Shown in pieces: positions 38,977 to 50,372 of a DNA stretch of 64,000 nt. The DNA lies in the NCBI GenBank assembly GCA_038496445.1, contig JALMLS010000390.1, positions 50,653-114,652 of the forward strand, read 5' to 3'. This DNA is from Trichosphaerium sp. ATCC 40318. Lineage: Eukaryota > Protista > Tubulinea. The notes below the pieces were generated by a model, which ran no database searches, was not told the DNA's origin, and saw only the letters and a program-made list of their open reading frames with translations. Within the stretch, counting starts at the first letter, position 1; the number at the start of each line of letters is the position of its first letter. The translations under genes were made by a program, and so were the position numbers.

Positions 38977-39564
38977 GCAGGATTTTATTCCGGTCTTTTC
39001 AATTCTGTAAATCATTGTAAGGTAACTCAGCTGAGGAAATTCTGTGAAACGTGTTTCAAAAACAACAAACCAACCTTCTATCACCCACAGCCATGTACTA
39101 AAATCACGTTTTAGTAATACTTTTTACTTACATTTTCACTAGTGGACTACATTTTACTTTGGGGACGAATCTGGACTAGGATTTTTACCACTACTATCAT
39201 CTGCCAAACACGTGTCCATCGTTTACTTGTTCTGTCTAGTCCCTCGCGTCACCGTCTCGGGTAGAGTTAGTCACTAAACTGTCGTAGGTTTTCTCACCAA
39301 ACTTAGCAATAATGACTATGGTCCTGCATGCACTACTACCACCTGCCGAGTAGGTTTACCACTAGTCTGGATCAACGTTAGTATGTGTTCTATCGCTGTT
39401 GCCTTATTGATATTATTTGGTATTGTAGCGGGCTGTTTCTGTTGTAAAACGAAAGAAGATGTGAAAAATGGCTTTTATTATGCGTTAGGGGCAGCAACAG
39501 AATGATTAAAGTTTGGTAAACCAGTTTGTTTCCGTTTAGTGTTAAGTTATTCTCCAAACATAAA

Positions 39565-40342
39565 ATGTCTAACCCGTTTGGTGCTGACGGTGATACAGTA
39601 AACTTGGTAGCGCAAGTAGAGCAGGGTTTATCCAAAATCGTTTCTGTATCAATACCAGAAGCAAAAAAAGTGGGTGAAAAAGGGGATAGATACACAGTAC
39701 GATTTTTTACGCGAACACGTGATTTATTGCGTGAAGTTTTTGTTTAAACGACTTTTCCTAAACACATTTGGTTATCTGTTACGAAAGAATGCACGTTATG
39801 AACTGCGTGGGGCTTGGTAATCGTTTAAAAGCGGATTTGTTTATTTTTCCGATTTTTGTTAATTACACAACAGGTGTATGTCATTAAACTCGTTACCAAC
39901 AATGAGGGTATACGTATAAGTATTGAGAGAAGGTTCAGTCAATTTGTTGATCTCCACAAACAGGTATGCCACGCAAACTAGCATCATAACTGACACGTGA
40001 AGCTTAAAAAAATGACCGAATACAGATTGTTACCTCGGTTACCCGAAAAAAAGTCTGTAGGACGGTTTAACAAAGATTTCGTTGCTACGCGAAGACGTGG
40101 TCTAGAAGAGTATCTAAGAGCTCTTCTTAAATTACCTGATTTCACGAGGTAGGAGTTTTTTGTCTATCACAAAAATCCTAACAAAGAATTTAGAAATATT
40201 CTGTTTCTTAATTTCATGGACCCAGCAAACGGTGCGTAATCACGCTCTTACTCAAAAAGGGTGCACTAACGTAGATACTATAGTGAGGGCTTTGGATACT
40301 ATACCGGTGGGATTCACACAAACCGGGTCCCTCACGCTGTGA
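39565..40342 (+). CDS. Small PX-domain (sorting nexin-like) protein with N-terminal NPF motif
   Basis: MSNPF...RYT-VYVIKL...IERRFSQFVDLHKQ-LKK...LPRLPEKKSVGRFNKDFVATRRRGLEEYLRALL..-NILFLNFM. Confidence 0.9.
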
Positions 40343-41524
40343 TAACTTAATTAGAATTGAACAAAAAAAAAACCCGCAATTCCGTTTCGGTGTGAAGAAA
40401 GACACAACTAGCCACGAATTTTTGCTATTAGTGTAGTGTAGAGAAGCGCATGTAGCTCATAAACACCATTTACTGACTTGTGACAGACATGTCTACAAAG
40501 AAATGTAGCGTGAGTGCAAAGCGTACTGATTGTTTTGTCTCGTTGAAGTCGCATAAATTGTTTTTTTTTGGCGATGTCTGACAAAACATTGTGATAATGT
40601 TGTAGATGTAAGGGTTTTTTTGTACAAAGTAGTTGTATGCTTTAGAATCCTTGTTGTTGTTGTAGAGCTTGTTGTTCTTGCATTTTCTCTGTAAAGCGTC
40701 TATTTACGAGGTCGAATACGTCAAAAAACTTGTTACCGCATCTAAGAGCGTTTAGACAGGTGATGGTTACAATAGTAGAAAAATTAAGAAATAAGCGCTT
40801 GGTTAAAGACAATGTAAGCGCTCGTGCATGTATTGGTGATTTAAGTGAGTGAAGGAGCGATGATAAGAAAAGATGATTTCATTATTTTTTCTACGCTTGT
40901 TCTATATTACGTACCGCTCTAAGCAAGTGGCTTCACCTACAGATAGTTCTCCTTCGGTAAACCTCGTAACACATTTTTTCCAGCATAGCTCGGCTCCACT
41001 AGTACTATTAGCGTGTGTAAATAGGTTTTTATGCCGTACGCATGGTAAACATTGTTGGAAAGCTCAATTTCCATCATTTGGAGAGCTTGTTGTTGCTTTT
41101 GTGACATTTGAGTGTTCATGGCGACTGAGTTTACGTGTGAAAGGCTTGTTGAGACAATGAGCAGCAAGAAAGAAATTGACCTTTTTCGGCAGCGTCGTAC
41201 TAGTACAGCTTTGACGTGAGTAAACGTTCAGCAAGGTGCCTCAAGTGAGCACGATCATATAAACGAGGTGGTTGATGGCTTTGTAACGACTAGTATCATT
41301 CATTTGTAAACTACATCCTTTACAAGGTGCGTTACTGCATTTATACATTCTTTAACGCGCGTCGAACAAATTTTTTTTCGTTTTTTGGCATTCCCTTCTT
41401 GTGAAACAGACGTATATCGCGAGCGTATGCGTAGCGGTGTTAGAAATTAAACGTAGTTACCATTTCTGAATTTTACTTTTATATTTTATTAGCCACTTTT
41501 GATTAAATCGCCCATCTGACGCTC

Positions 41525-44151
41525 ATGATATTCACAGGAGAGATGTCCCAATTACTAGCAACACTTGCATTCCTTTTCTTACTATTTGCCACTCAAACGC
41601 ATGCAAACGTATTATATTGTATTCTAAAACACACACCAACGACAACATCACTTGCAAGTATCACAATACGTGACACAGCGAAAATTTCTGATTTTCAGCG
41701 ACAAGATGCTTCTCATGTATCTATTGATGTCCATGACCCTCTCACAATAACAGCAGATTACCATTCAGAAGAAACAGGGGAATACGAAGGCGTAGAACTC
41801 TTACAGAAGGAAGCATACTCACGTGTGTCACTTCCAATGTCGCTTTGTGATAAAATTCTAAATGTCCGTGTTTGGACACATGGTGTCTTGGACGTGTTTC
41901 CTTTAAGGTTGTCTTGCGCTGTGCCAAAAACAAAGAGAGGCTCGATTAACGATACAGAAGTACGGGATCTACTTATATCAGGAGATCCCCAGTTTCATGA
42001 GAGCTTAACATTTGTTAGTGATGGGTAAGGGTTTTTCTTTTTTTGTTCTAGGACATTTTTTTACTTGTTTTTATCGTTTTGTTGCCAAAAAGTAATGTAT
42101 TTTACAATTTTATGCGCTGCTATATTCTATGACTCACTACACAACTGCATCCTTGGCAGTAGCTGGAATAGAAGGGATTTTTATACATTTTCATCCTCAT
42201 TCTTCGCCGTTCTCATCTTTTTTCTCAGGTACCTGGCTTCCCAAAAAGAAGATTTCTTTGACGACTGTGATAGAGCCATAGCAGATATTACAAATATTGA
42301 ACCATATAAACGCTACTCTGGCCTCCTTAACTTTTATGCTGTATTCTCTCCTTCTGAAGAGGAAGGCACAAGTAATCCTAATACTGGCCTTGTTGTCAAC
42401 AACAATCTTAAATGTACACATACCTTGAGACTTGAAAGACTCTTGACTTGTGATACAAACCTTGCAGCAACCTTAGCAGGGCATGCACCAGCACAAGACG
42501 TAATAATCATCATGACAAACAGTGCATTTTATGGTGGTGGAGGGTATCAGACGCTTGGTATAGCTGTTGTATACAGTGGTATAAGGCTTGGCGAACTTGT
42601 TGCTCATGAACTTGGTCATGCTGTAGCAGGTTTAGGAGATGAATATGAAAATTCTCCCTTCGCAAATAGTGAGCCTTCTAACTCTGTAAACTGTTTCAAC
42701 CCAGGCTATAATAGTAGCGCACCATTACCTTGGCAATATTGGGTTGATAATGAAGAAGGTGAATCCGTAGGAGTAGGTACATTTTCAACCTGTCAGTACG
42801 CAAATTGGGTTAGACCGACAAATAACTATTGCCTTATGAGGAGATTATCTCCAAATTACTGTCCAGTTTGTCGTCAAGGTGTAGTAAAGGCACTATATGG
42901 ATTTAATCCGGTACTTTACCGTGGAGTATCACCTAGCAATTCATCGATATTGATGAGTCATAATAACACAAACATAATGATTAGTGTTGACATCAAAATC
43001 GAAGATTTGCATGTGACTTGGAGGAGAAATGGTGAAGTTATTCGTTCAGGGCTTGGATTGAATTCTGTATCTAGCTTGGAGGTAGTACCAAGAGCATGGG
43101 ATAGATATGTTGCTGGTTCGTATAATATCTCGGTGGATCTATCTGATCGTACTTCTTTTATTCCTCCGCTGGAGAGGTTTCCTGAACTTGAAAATCAAAA
43201 TATTTTCACTTGGCAAATAAACGTTGAAGAGGGACCACCTACACCTCCAGTTGTTCCAACCAAACCACCAACTGTTATGCCTACAATGTCACCCACAACG
43301 TCACCAACAATGACACCTACGATGGCACCCACGATTATACCTACTACGATTGTACCCACTACACAAATGCCATCAACGTTGCCAGTATCGTCTCTTCCTA
43401 CAAGGTTACCGACATCAACTCCAACTACAGGTAACAGCATAAATAATCCAACACAACAACCGACTATACCTACAGGTGCAACTGTAACTGTATGTCCCAA
43501 AAGGTTATTTCCAAGAACAAATCGCTTACTATTTTTTTTTGTAGGTAGTACTTAACCTTAAAGTAAACTCAGGAGTTGAAGATGTTGTCATTGTTGATCA
43601 AATAAGAGTATGTCCATATTCACATTTAAAACTACACGGTTTGATTATTTCTAACTGACTATTTTAGATGGCTTTACCACCTTCACTTCACATTGTTTCT
43701 ATAACAATAATTAATACAACTAAGCGTGTATTACGTGATGTTGCTGTAAATATCACTATTGGTAATGAGAACATTACCATAGAAACCAATAGGGTTGACA
43801 TATGCAGTGACGTATCTCTTGGTGAAATAAATGGAAGACTAGAAGGTTTTAGCATAGACAACTGCGAACCAGGTTTGTTTTTTTTTTAAAAGCTCGCCTT
43901 TTAATCACGTGCTTGACACTTATTTTTGATGTTTAGCAAGTACAGATCAAGTTGTGTTTTTTGGTAAAGGTGGTAACAAGACTGCAGGTTACATTGCTGC
44001 TTCAATAATTATGGGTGAGCGATTTTTTTCATAGCTTCTTATTATTTTCTTCTTTTTTTTTGTTGAGAATACTTATTTTGTATTAATAGCTTTGGTGTGT
44101 ACAAGTTTATTGTTGATTGTTATTGCTTTGTTAAGAGACAAGGAAGGATAA
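41525..44151 (+). CDS. Membrane-anchored M64-family (IgA-peptidase-like) metallopeptidase with PT-rich stalk
   Basis: Signal peptide, LTFVSDG-Y...FFDD..IEPYKRYS..NFYAVF.PS.EEG, YGGGG, VAHELGHAVAGLGDEY (HExxH), RPTNNYCLMR..YCPVCRQ, PTxx repeats, and a C-terminal TM helix followed by RDKEG*. Confidence 0.85.
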
Positions 44152-44494
44152 AGTAAATCAATGTATATTAAAAAAAATTCTACCAAAAAGCCTTTTTGGT
44201 GACAGGACCAAGTCACATAAATGTTTTGAGCTTGAAAGTCACTGCAATACTTTTTAGCTGTGGCCGCTCGATGACGAGTGACTAAAAGAGCGTGTCAAAA
44301 TGTCGTACGAAGGAGAGGTACACCAAAGGAAGGGAGAAAAGTCACCAAGAAAACAAAAGTGCTGAGCAAACGATAGGCGACACCGTGTAGTTTGAGACTT
44401 TTTGTCACGTGCGCACTGTTGAATTTTGATAAAATTAGTCAATGTAAAGTCTCGTTCATTTGTACAATTAATTGTTTTTAGCTAACACTAGCAT

Positions 44495-45527
44495 GTATGG
44501 ACATGCTGAACGTGCTACAAAATGGGTCAGTGGTGTTTTAGAACGATGGGCAATAAAACAGCTCAAACAATCGATTGCGTTGGTTACATTCGTTGGTTTT
44601 TTTATATTTTTGACGTTTATTGAACAATTGAGCATTATAAAAGTAATTGGCGGCGTAATCGGAGCGATTGTGGGTATTTCCTTCTTGCTATCGATACCAT
44701 TCAAAGCATGGTTTCTCACAATAGGCACGTCGCTATCTAAACGCGTAATAAAGTCGTTAACTGTAATTGTAGGTTTTGCGCTTTTGAGCGTTACAACTAA
44801 CGCTCTATTACCTCTCCTATCACTGAGTAATGGACTAGCGAATGGTGGTGGCATTTTATGGACAGTAATGCATTTGGTGATATTCCACGTTAACAGCCTA
44901 AGTTTTAACCTTTGGTACAAACAAGCGTCGATGCCTGGCTCAATACTACAAGCGCTTGATATAACACTACGTATTATTGTTGCACTCATCACAGGTATGG
45001 GGTACACAAGTACACTCTTTGTACGCAAAATGCTGTTCATAACGTTAAACTACATAATATCACAACGTGCTATGAGTCCTGCAAATGTCATATTACTTGC
45101 TCTATACTGTTGGCGTAACCCACAATGGACGTATGAGACGTTTGTTAATGGTATTAAAGGTGCTTTCAATATCGCATCAAGAGAGTTCCCTGGAGCTACG
45201 ACTTTTGTATTTTTGGTTTGCTTACGCTGTTTTCTATACGTGGTAGCGATGGTTGTCATGTTCACACATTTAGGCACGAGATATTTTTTAATTCACGCAA
45301 TCATGTTTAATACTTACATTTTGATAGGTTTGGGCGTATTCTCATTGGTTGCAGTTGCTTGGATGCTTTTTTTGATCATCAGAGATTTCCTATTCGTCTT
45401 TTATGCTCAACACGTAGCGATGCGCGTATTCGTTCTTACAGGCTCCGATTTATTTGTTAAGATTGATAACGCTTCTGGTGGTAAGTTATTGAACGTTTGG
45501 ACGAAGCTGTTCAACCTATTGTCATAA
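44495..45527 (+). CDS. Intronless multi-pass membrane protein of unknown function
   Basis: Open frame of about 343 aa from ATG 44495, with 8-10 hydrophobic segments and no recognised family. Confidence 0.6.
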
Positions 45528-46008
45528 TAATGTAATATATACAACAAACTACGCCTAAATAGATAACGCGTACTATTAAAGTGTTCTATTAAGCTGGATT
45601 TAGCAAACATTTGTTTTTGTTTTTTCCAGCCTTGAAGATACTGATTTTTGTGCACAAAGTTGTGTACTTGTTGTTGATTTTATTTTAAGTAAAGTACTCA
45701 ACCTGTTTTGAGCTTTGAGTAACACTATTTTATCCGATTTTCCGACAAACTATTGTTTTAAGTTATTGTGCGTCAATGCAAAGCGCAAGCCAAGTACAAA
45801 GCATTTAGCGCACATTATATCAAGGTTATCTTATCTCCTACCCCAACGAGGAACAAAAGGCTTTAATACAAAAAGCTGGTGGTATGATTTATTTTTTTTT
45901 GGTTTAAAACCGTACTATGGACATATACTTATCATTTATAACTCGTTGCAATCGTTCAGCAGTAAAATCGATTAAAAATTTTTAATTAGTTGCAAAACCC
46001 AGTTGGTG

Positions 46009-46740
46009 ATGGGAATTTGCTCTTCTAAGAGTGAGAAACCACGTTCTCTTGCTGTTAACGCGCAAACACGGGAATCAACAAATGAAATCCAGACAGCACA
46101 AAAAGAAACTAATGGCTCTGTAACAAAGTTTAAAGTGTTAATTTTGGGCGATGTTGGTGTTGGTAAAAGCAGTTTGCTTTTATCTCTTGATGGACAGGAA
46201 TTTCGAGAAGGGTTTATAAGTACACTTGGATACGACTGTAAAGAGTTCAATTTTGAGGTTTATGGCGATACGTACGTGTGGACCAAAAAAAGGCATTGTG
46301 AAAACGTTTTTTTTGTTTTGGTTAAAACCTGTTTTAGCGCTCTTTTTACTATCATGCGCATCAGAATATATTGTTTTTAAAACGTTTTTAGCATTATTCT
46401 CGAACTTTGGGATACAGCTGGCCAAGAAAGATTTCGTTCACTCTCGACGTCTTATTATCGTTCAGCTAGTGCTGTTATACTAGTATATGATGTGTCAGAT
46501 AGGATAACGTTTAACAATATAGACAAGCATTTACGCGATATAGACAGATACGCTCCTGATAATACGCCTATATTCCTTATTGGCAACAAAACAGACTTGG
46601 AACCTCAACAAGTATCTTACGGTGAAGGTTTCGCTTACGCTAATAAGATAAAAGCGCCTTTTATTGAAGTGTCTGCTAAGAATGGAGATAATGTAAAGGA
46701 AGCTTTTGATAAAACAGCCAAAAAGCTTGCTTTGTTGTAA
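46009..46740 (+). CDS. Rab GTPase (Rab1/Rab8-like core) with N-terminal acylation motif, 2 exons
   Basis: MGICSSK, KVLILGDVGVGKSSL, STLGYD, intron, WDTAGQERFRSLSTSYYRSA, LVYDV, GNKTDL, EVSAK; ends KLALL*. Confidence 0.9.
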
Positions 46741-47137
46741 AAACTAAGAAAAAAAACCACAGAACAATTTAGAGACATGATGATGTAATCAATGAATTTT
46801 TAAATTGATTGATGTGGTAAAACAAAAAAAAAAAAAAAGAGTCGCGTAGTGAAAAACGAGAAGAAAACTAAAACAAAAGCAAACATCCCTAAAAAACGGA
46901 GTTTACTTTACTAATGCTTGTACATATAAACCATTAATAACAAAGGACAAAGTTTAACTTATACACCATCAAGCTACTTATCAGGTTAACTTAACGATGA
47001 CTTGATCATAAATAAATAAAAAGTCAAATGTAATTGTACCTTTGAATATGAGCTAGATTTATTGATGTAGTAAAGTTATGGCTCTTGATCAAAATGCGTG
47101 TTTTTATTACAATGGATTGCGGTTGGTTTGAGAAACA

Positions 47138-48064
47138 CTAAATCATTTTTTCAAACTTGAGCATTTCACTAACCACTTTACAATGAACTTTGTTGTCTTT
47201 GATAAAAAAGAATCCAACAGCTTTAACAGCAAATGTATCAAGTAATGAAATCAAATCGCTTGAGGTTATATCTAGGCACATTGTGTTGTTAATACTCTGT
47301 AATACATCTCTCACTTTATCCCAGTCATTGCAATTGTTGTCTAGTCGCTTAAAAGAAATACAAACACTGTCCTTGTTGTCGCTTTCACCATTTTGATTTG
47401 TCTTGCATTCAATATCAATAGAATAGTCGTTTAATAGTTGAAAATATCCATCCATGTGATCTAGAGTATTTGCCTCGTAGTAGTAACGTTCAGTTATGCG
47501 ATACACAGCTAAGTTGACTTTGGCGTGGAACGCATATTCTCGTGTTTCTTGCTTAGAACCAACGTTGTCCCAACGTTCGAATTCACCAACAGGGTAATTT
47601 TCCCATTGGTCGTCTTCGGACACTAGTAGTAAATCTTCATTCTGTATGGCGCCTTTTTGGACATAGTAATCAGATTCCAAGCCCCTTCTATCTATAAAAT
47701 ACGATTTCATAGCTTTCCAGTCGGCTTTTGAAGATTCCAGGTTCATGTTCCATTTTAGCCTCATAATACTCTTCCATAACATTGTGGAGTGCGTTAACTC
47801 GTGCCATTGCTTACAAACTGTCAAAAGTGCTCCAACATTTTCGTTTTGTGCGTAGCACGCACTTAGTACGCATAGCCACACATCTGGTACGATTTTATCG
47901 TTGTTTAATCGGATGGCGTCTTTTTTCGATTCAATAGTCTTAATAATATCGGATAAATCCCCTCCCATCTCTGTAAACTCGTTCAAGGCTTTTTTAGCAT
48001 CAATGTACTTTTTTTTTCGCTCCGGTTGAAGCTTCTCTTCAAAGGTGTCTCTAGCTCCCCACAT
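47138..48064 (-). CDS. F-box-like protein (single long exon; a 5' exon is possible)
   Basis: 308-aa ORF with an F-box pattern, IVPDVWLCVLS...LLTVCKQWHELTHSTMLWK. Confidence 0.65.
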   Translation of the reverse strand: MWGARDTFEEKLQPERKKKYIDAKKALNEFTEMGGDLSDIIKTIESKKDAIRLNNDKIVPDVWLCVLSACYAQNENVGALLTVCKQWHELTHSTMLWKSIMRLKWNMNLESSKADWKAMKSYFIDRRGLESDYYVQKGAIQNEDLLLVSEDDQWENYPVGEFERWDNVGSKQETREYAFHAKVNLAVYRITERYYYEANTLDHMDGYFQLLNDYSIDIECKTNQNGESDNKDSVCISFKRLDNNCNDWDKVRDVLQSINNTMCLDITSSDLISLLDTFAVKAVGFFFIKDNKVHCKVVSEMLKFEKMI

Positions 48065-48549
48065 ATTGTATCGAACACTTTGCGTAGTGCGTTTTTTAGC
48101 GTCAGAAAAAGAAAGGATATGACATTTTTTCGTATTATTTTCTCATCTGATTTCAGCAAGTTGTAGATATATAAAATGAAAACATGAGTACACTTCCGCA
48201 TAGATCGCCTCTTTGTGGTAAAAACTGACGTATTAGGCGACAGTAGGAAGTGGATGATGCAGAAGTTGTCGAGAATTGGAGTACAATAGTTGTCGGGCAC
48301 AGGCCAAGAAAAACACAACAAAATAAAATTATGTTGAGCACCATACGGACGTTGGCACTTATAGCGATCAAAGGCTACATACTCGTTGGCAATCCTTAAA
48401 AAATACAGCTGTTAAGTTTTTTTAGCAAAACTGTCATTAAAACTAAAGCAAAATGTCTGTTGTACCTTTCGAAATAAAAGTACGCTTACAGTTAACGTTT
48501 CAAAGCAAAACGAACCGCTAGAAAAACTTTCTCAACATAACGCAAATAG

Positions 48550-49350
48550 ATGGTGGAACTTGAGTTCCCACAGTTCTCAGATGAAGAGAAGAAGGGATTT
48601 AGAGAAGAGTTCAAAAAGTATGACACAACAAACGATCAAAAACTTCAGGCACGCGGTTTTGGTATAACACGTGATACCCTCTTTCTTTATCTAGCGTGCC
48701 ACACGTTTTAAAGCGTTATTAATTAATTAACTGATTTTTAAAGACTTTTGAGTTACACCGCATGTATGAGTCGCAAGGCCAAACAAAGACTAATGATCAG
48801 GTAAGACTACGGCACTTTGGAAAAAAGTTGTTGACGTTTTTTTTTCTTATTTGTTCTAACATTACTAAGCTGCTTGCTCTTTGTCGTGAGGCAAATCCTA
48901 GCGTGTCTAATGCAACGTATATTGATTACAAGGGATTTTTGACAATATTGCTCAAAGAAAAGAAAGGAATCTTGTCGGTATGTCATGCGCTCACGTGCTA
49001 AACACTGTGTTAACTTATAGTAGACAAGTTTCGGTCTTATGGGTCTTGTAGGAAAGGTGCACGATAATAAAAAGGACGTAGGCACGTGTTGACATCAATA
49101 TAATCACGTGTACTAACTTAAAACACTAAAGGTCGCAAAGCCAATGTGTTTGAACAAATGGCAATCAAGGTATGTACAACTAGATTCCAAAGGAGAAAAC
49201 TGACATTTGTGTTCTTTTGTGCAGGAAAAAGAGGAAGAACTAAGACGTCAACACGATGATGAAGAACGCCGTGCAAAGAGGAAAGAAGCTGAGCGTAAAA
49301 AGAGAGTACAAGCAAACCTTGCAAGGTTCAAGTCTAACATCAACAAATAA
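48550..49350 (+). CDS. EF-hand + coiled-coil protein, EFHD1/2 (swiprosin)-like
   Basis: EFPQFSDEEKKGFREEFKKYDTTNDQKLQ-TFELHRMYESQGQTKT, IDYKGFLTI, KANVFEQ, EEELRRQHDDEERRAKRKEAERKKR..FK. This matches the EFHD layout (EFPEFS..., FFEAK, C-terminal coiled coil). Confidence 0.82.
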
Positions 49351-50372
49351 AACCCGAAAACAATAAAATGATGTTTTGGAAAGAGGTAATCTGCTTTGTT
49401 ACAGTACCCACGTATGGGGGAGGTTTACAGGAACAAGCTGTAGTTGATTTTTGGGAATTATTCAACGAAGAATTGGAAAGCCCAAAAGTTGCACAGAAAT
49501 TCACCATTTTTTTGAGTTAAAGTACAAGGATTGCATCAACAGTTGCAAGCATGTATGTATTTATAAAGAAGGAATTTAAGACATCAAATGGTCAATACGC
49601 CAATAAGAAAGTCCTACATATCATGTCGCACCACAACGTTGATGGAATAATAAAAAACATAAACAATAGCCTCGTTACATACAAAATCGAAAAGAAATCA
49701 GTAAAAAACCTCTTGTTCTCTCAAACAGGCACTAACTACGCGTTACCATTGACCCACGACATCCAGAAAGTACTTGCAACTTAATTTCGCGTTTACCTTG
49801 TACTAGCGTTGTTTCTTTGTGTACTAAACGGGAATTCTATGTAGTATCTGGAAGAAGACATACTTATAACGATTCTGGACAACTTTGGCGCAAATGGTTA
49901 TAAATTCGTGCATCAGTACGATAATATTATACACTCAAGCAAAGGTTTTGGTTCAAGCATCACGTCAAAGGAAGTTATTGTACTGCAAAAGTATGTCCAC
50001 GTCAAAAACGCTAAAACTCTTGTTTTCATCGCTAATAATGTGCGTAGGAGACAATAGAGCACTGATGGATCCTTAAGAAGCAAAACAAATGTATCAGGAT
50101 GAGAATCAAGAAAAACTTTATTTAGTTGTCACAACGAGTTTTTATGTTCACCAGCGAAGTTAATGCGCGGTTTAGTACCTAAATAAAAGTTTTTTTGGAA
50201 AAAAATCAGTACATCGCTTTCTCAAGACACGCTTTACTCATATAGTTACGCTGCGGATTAACGCTTTCGTTATTACTCACCTAGAGAGTCATTAGTTTGC
50301 GTTCAAGTTAACTACGAGAGGCAAAATATTTTGAAAGTATTAGAATCAGGCTTGCGATGGTTTATCAATCAC

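Noticed and set aside
48111-48120. ATATCCTTT (minus strand) as an AT-AC intron donor upstream of the F-box gene
   Set aside because: No TCCTTRAC branch site and no frame-consistent AC acceptor were found.
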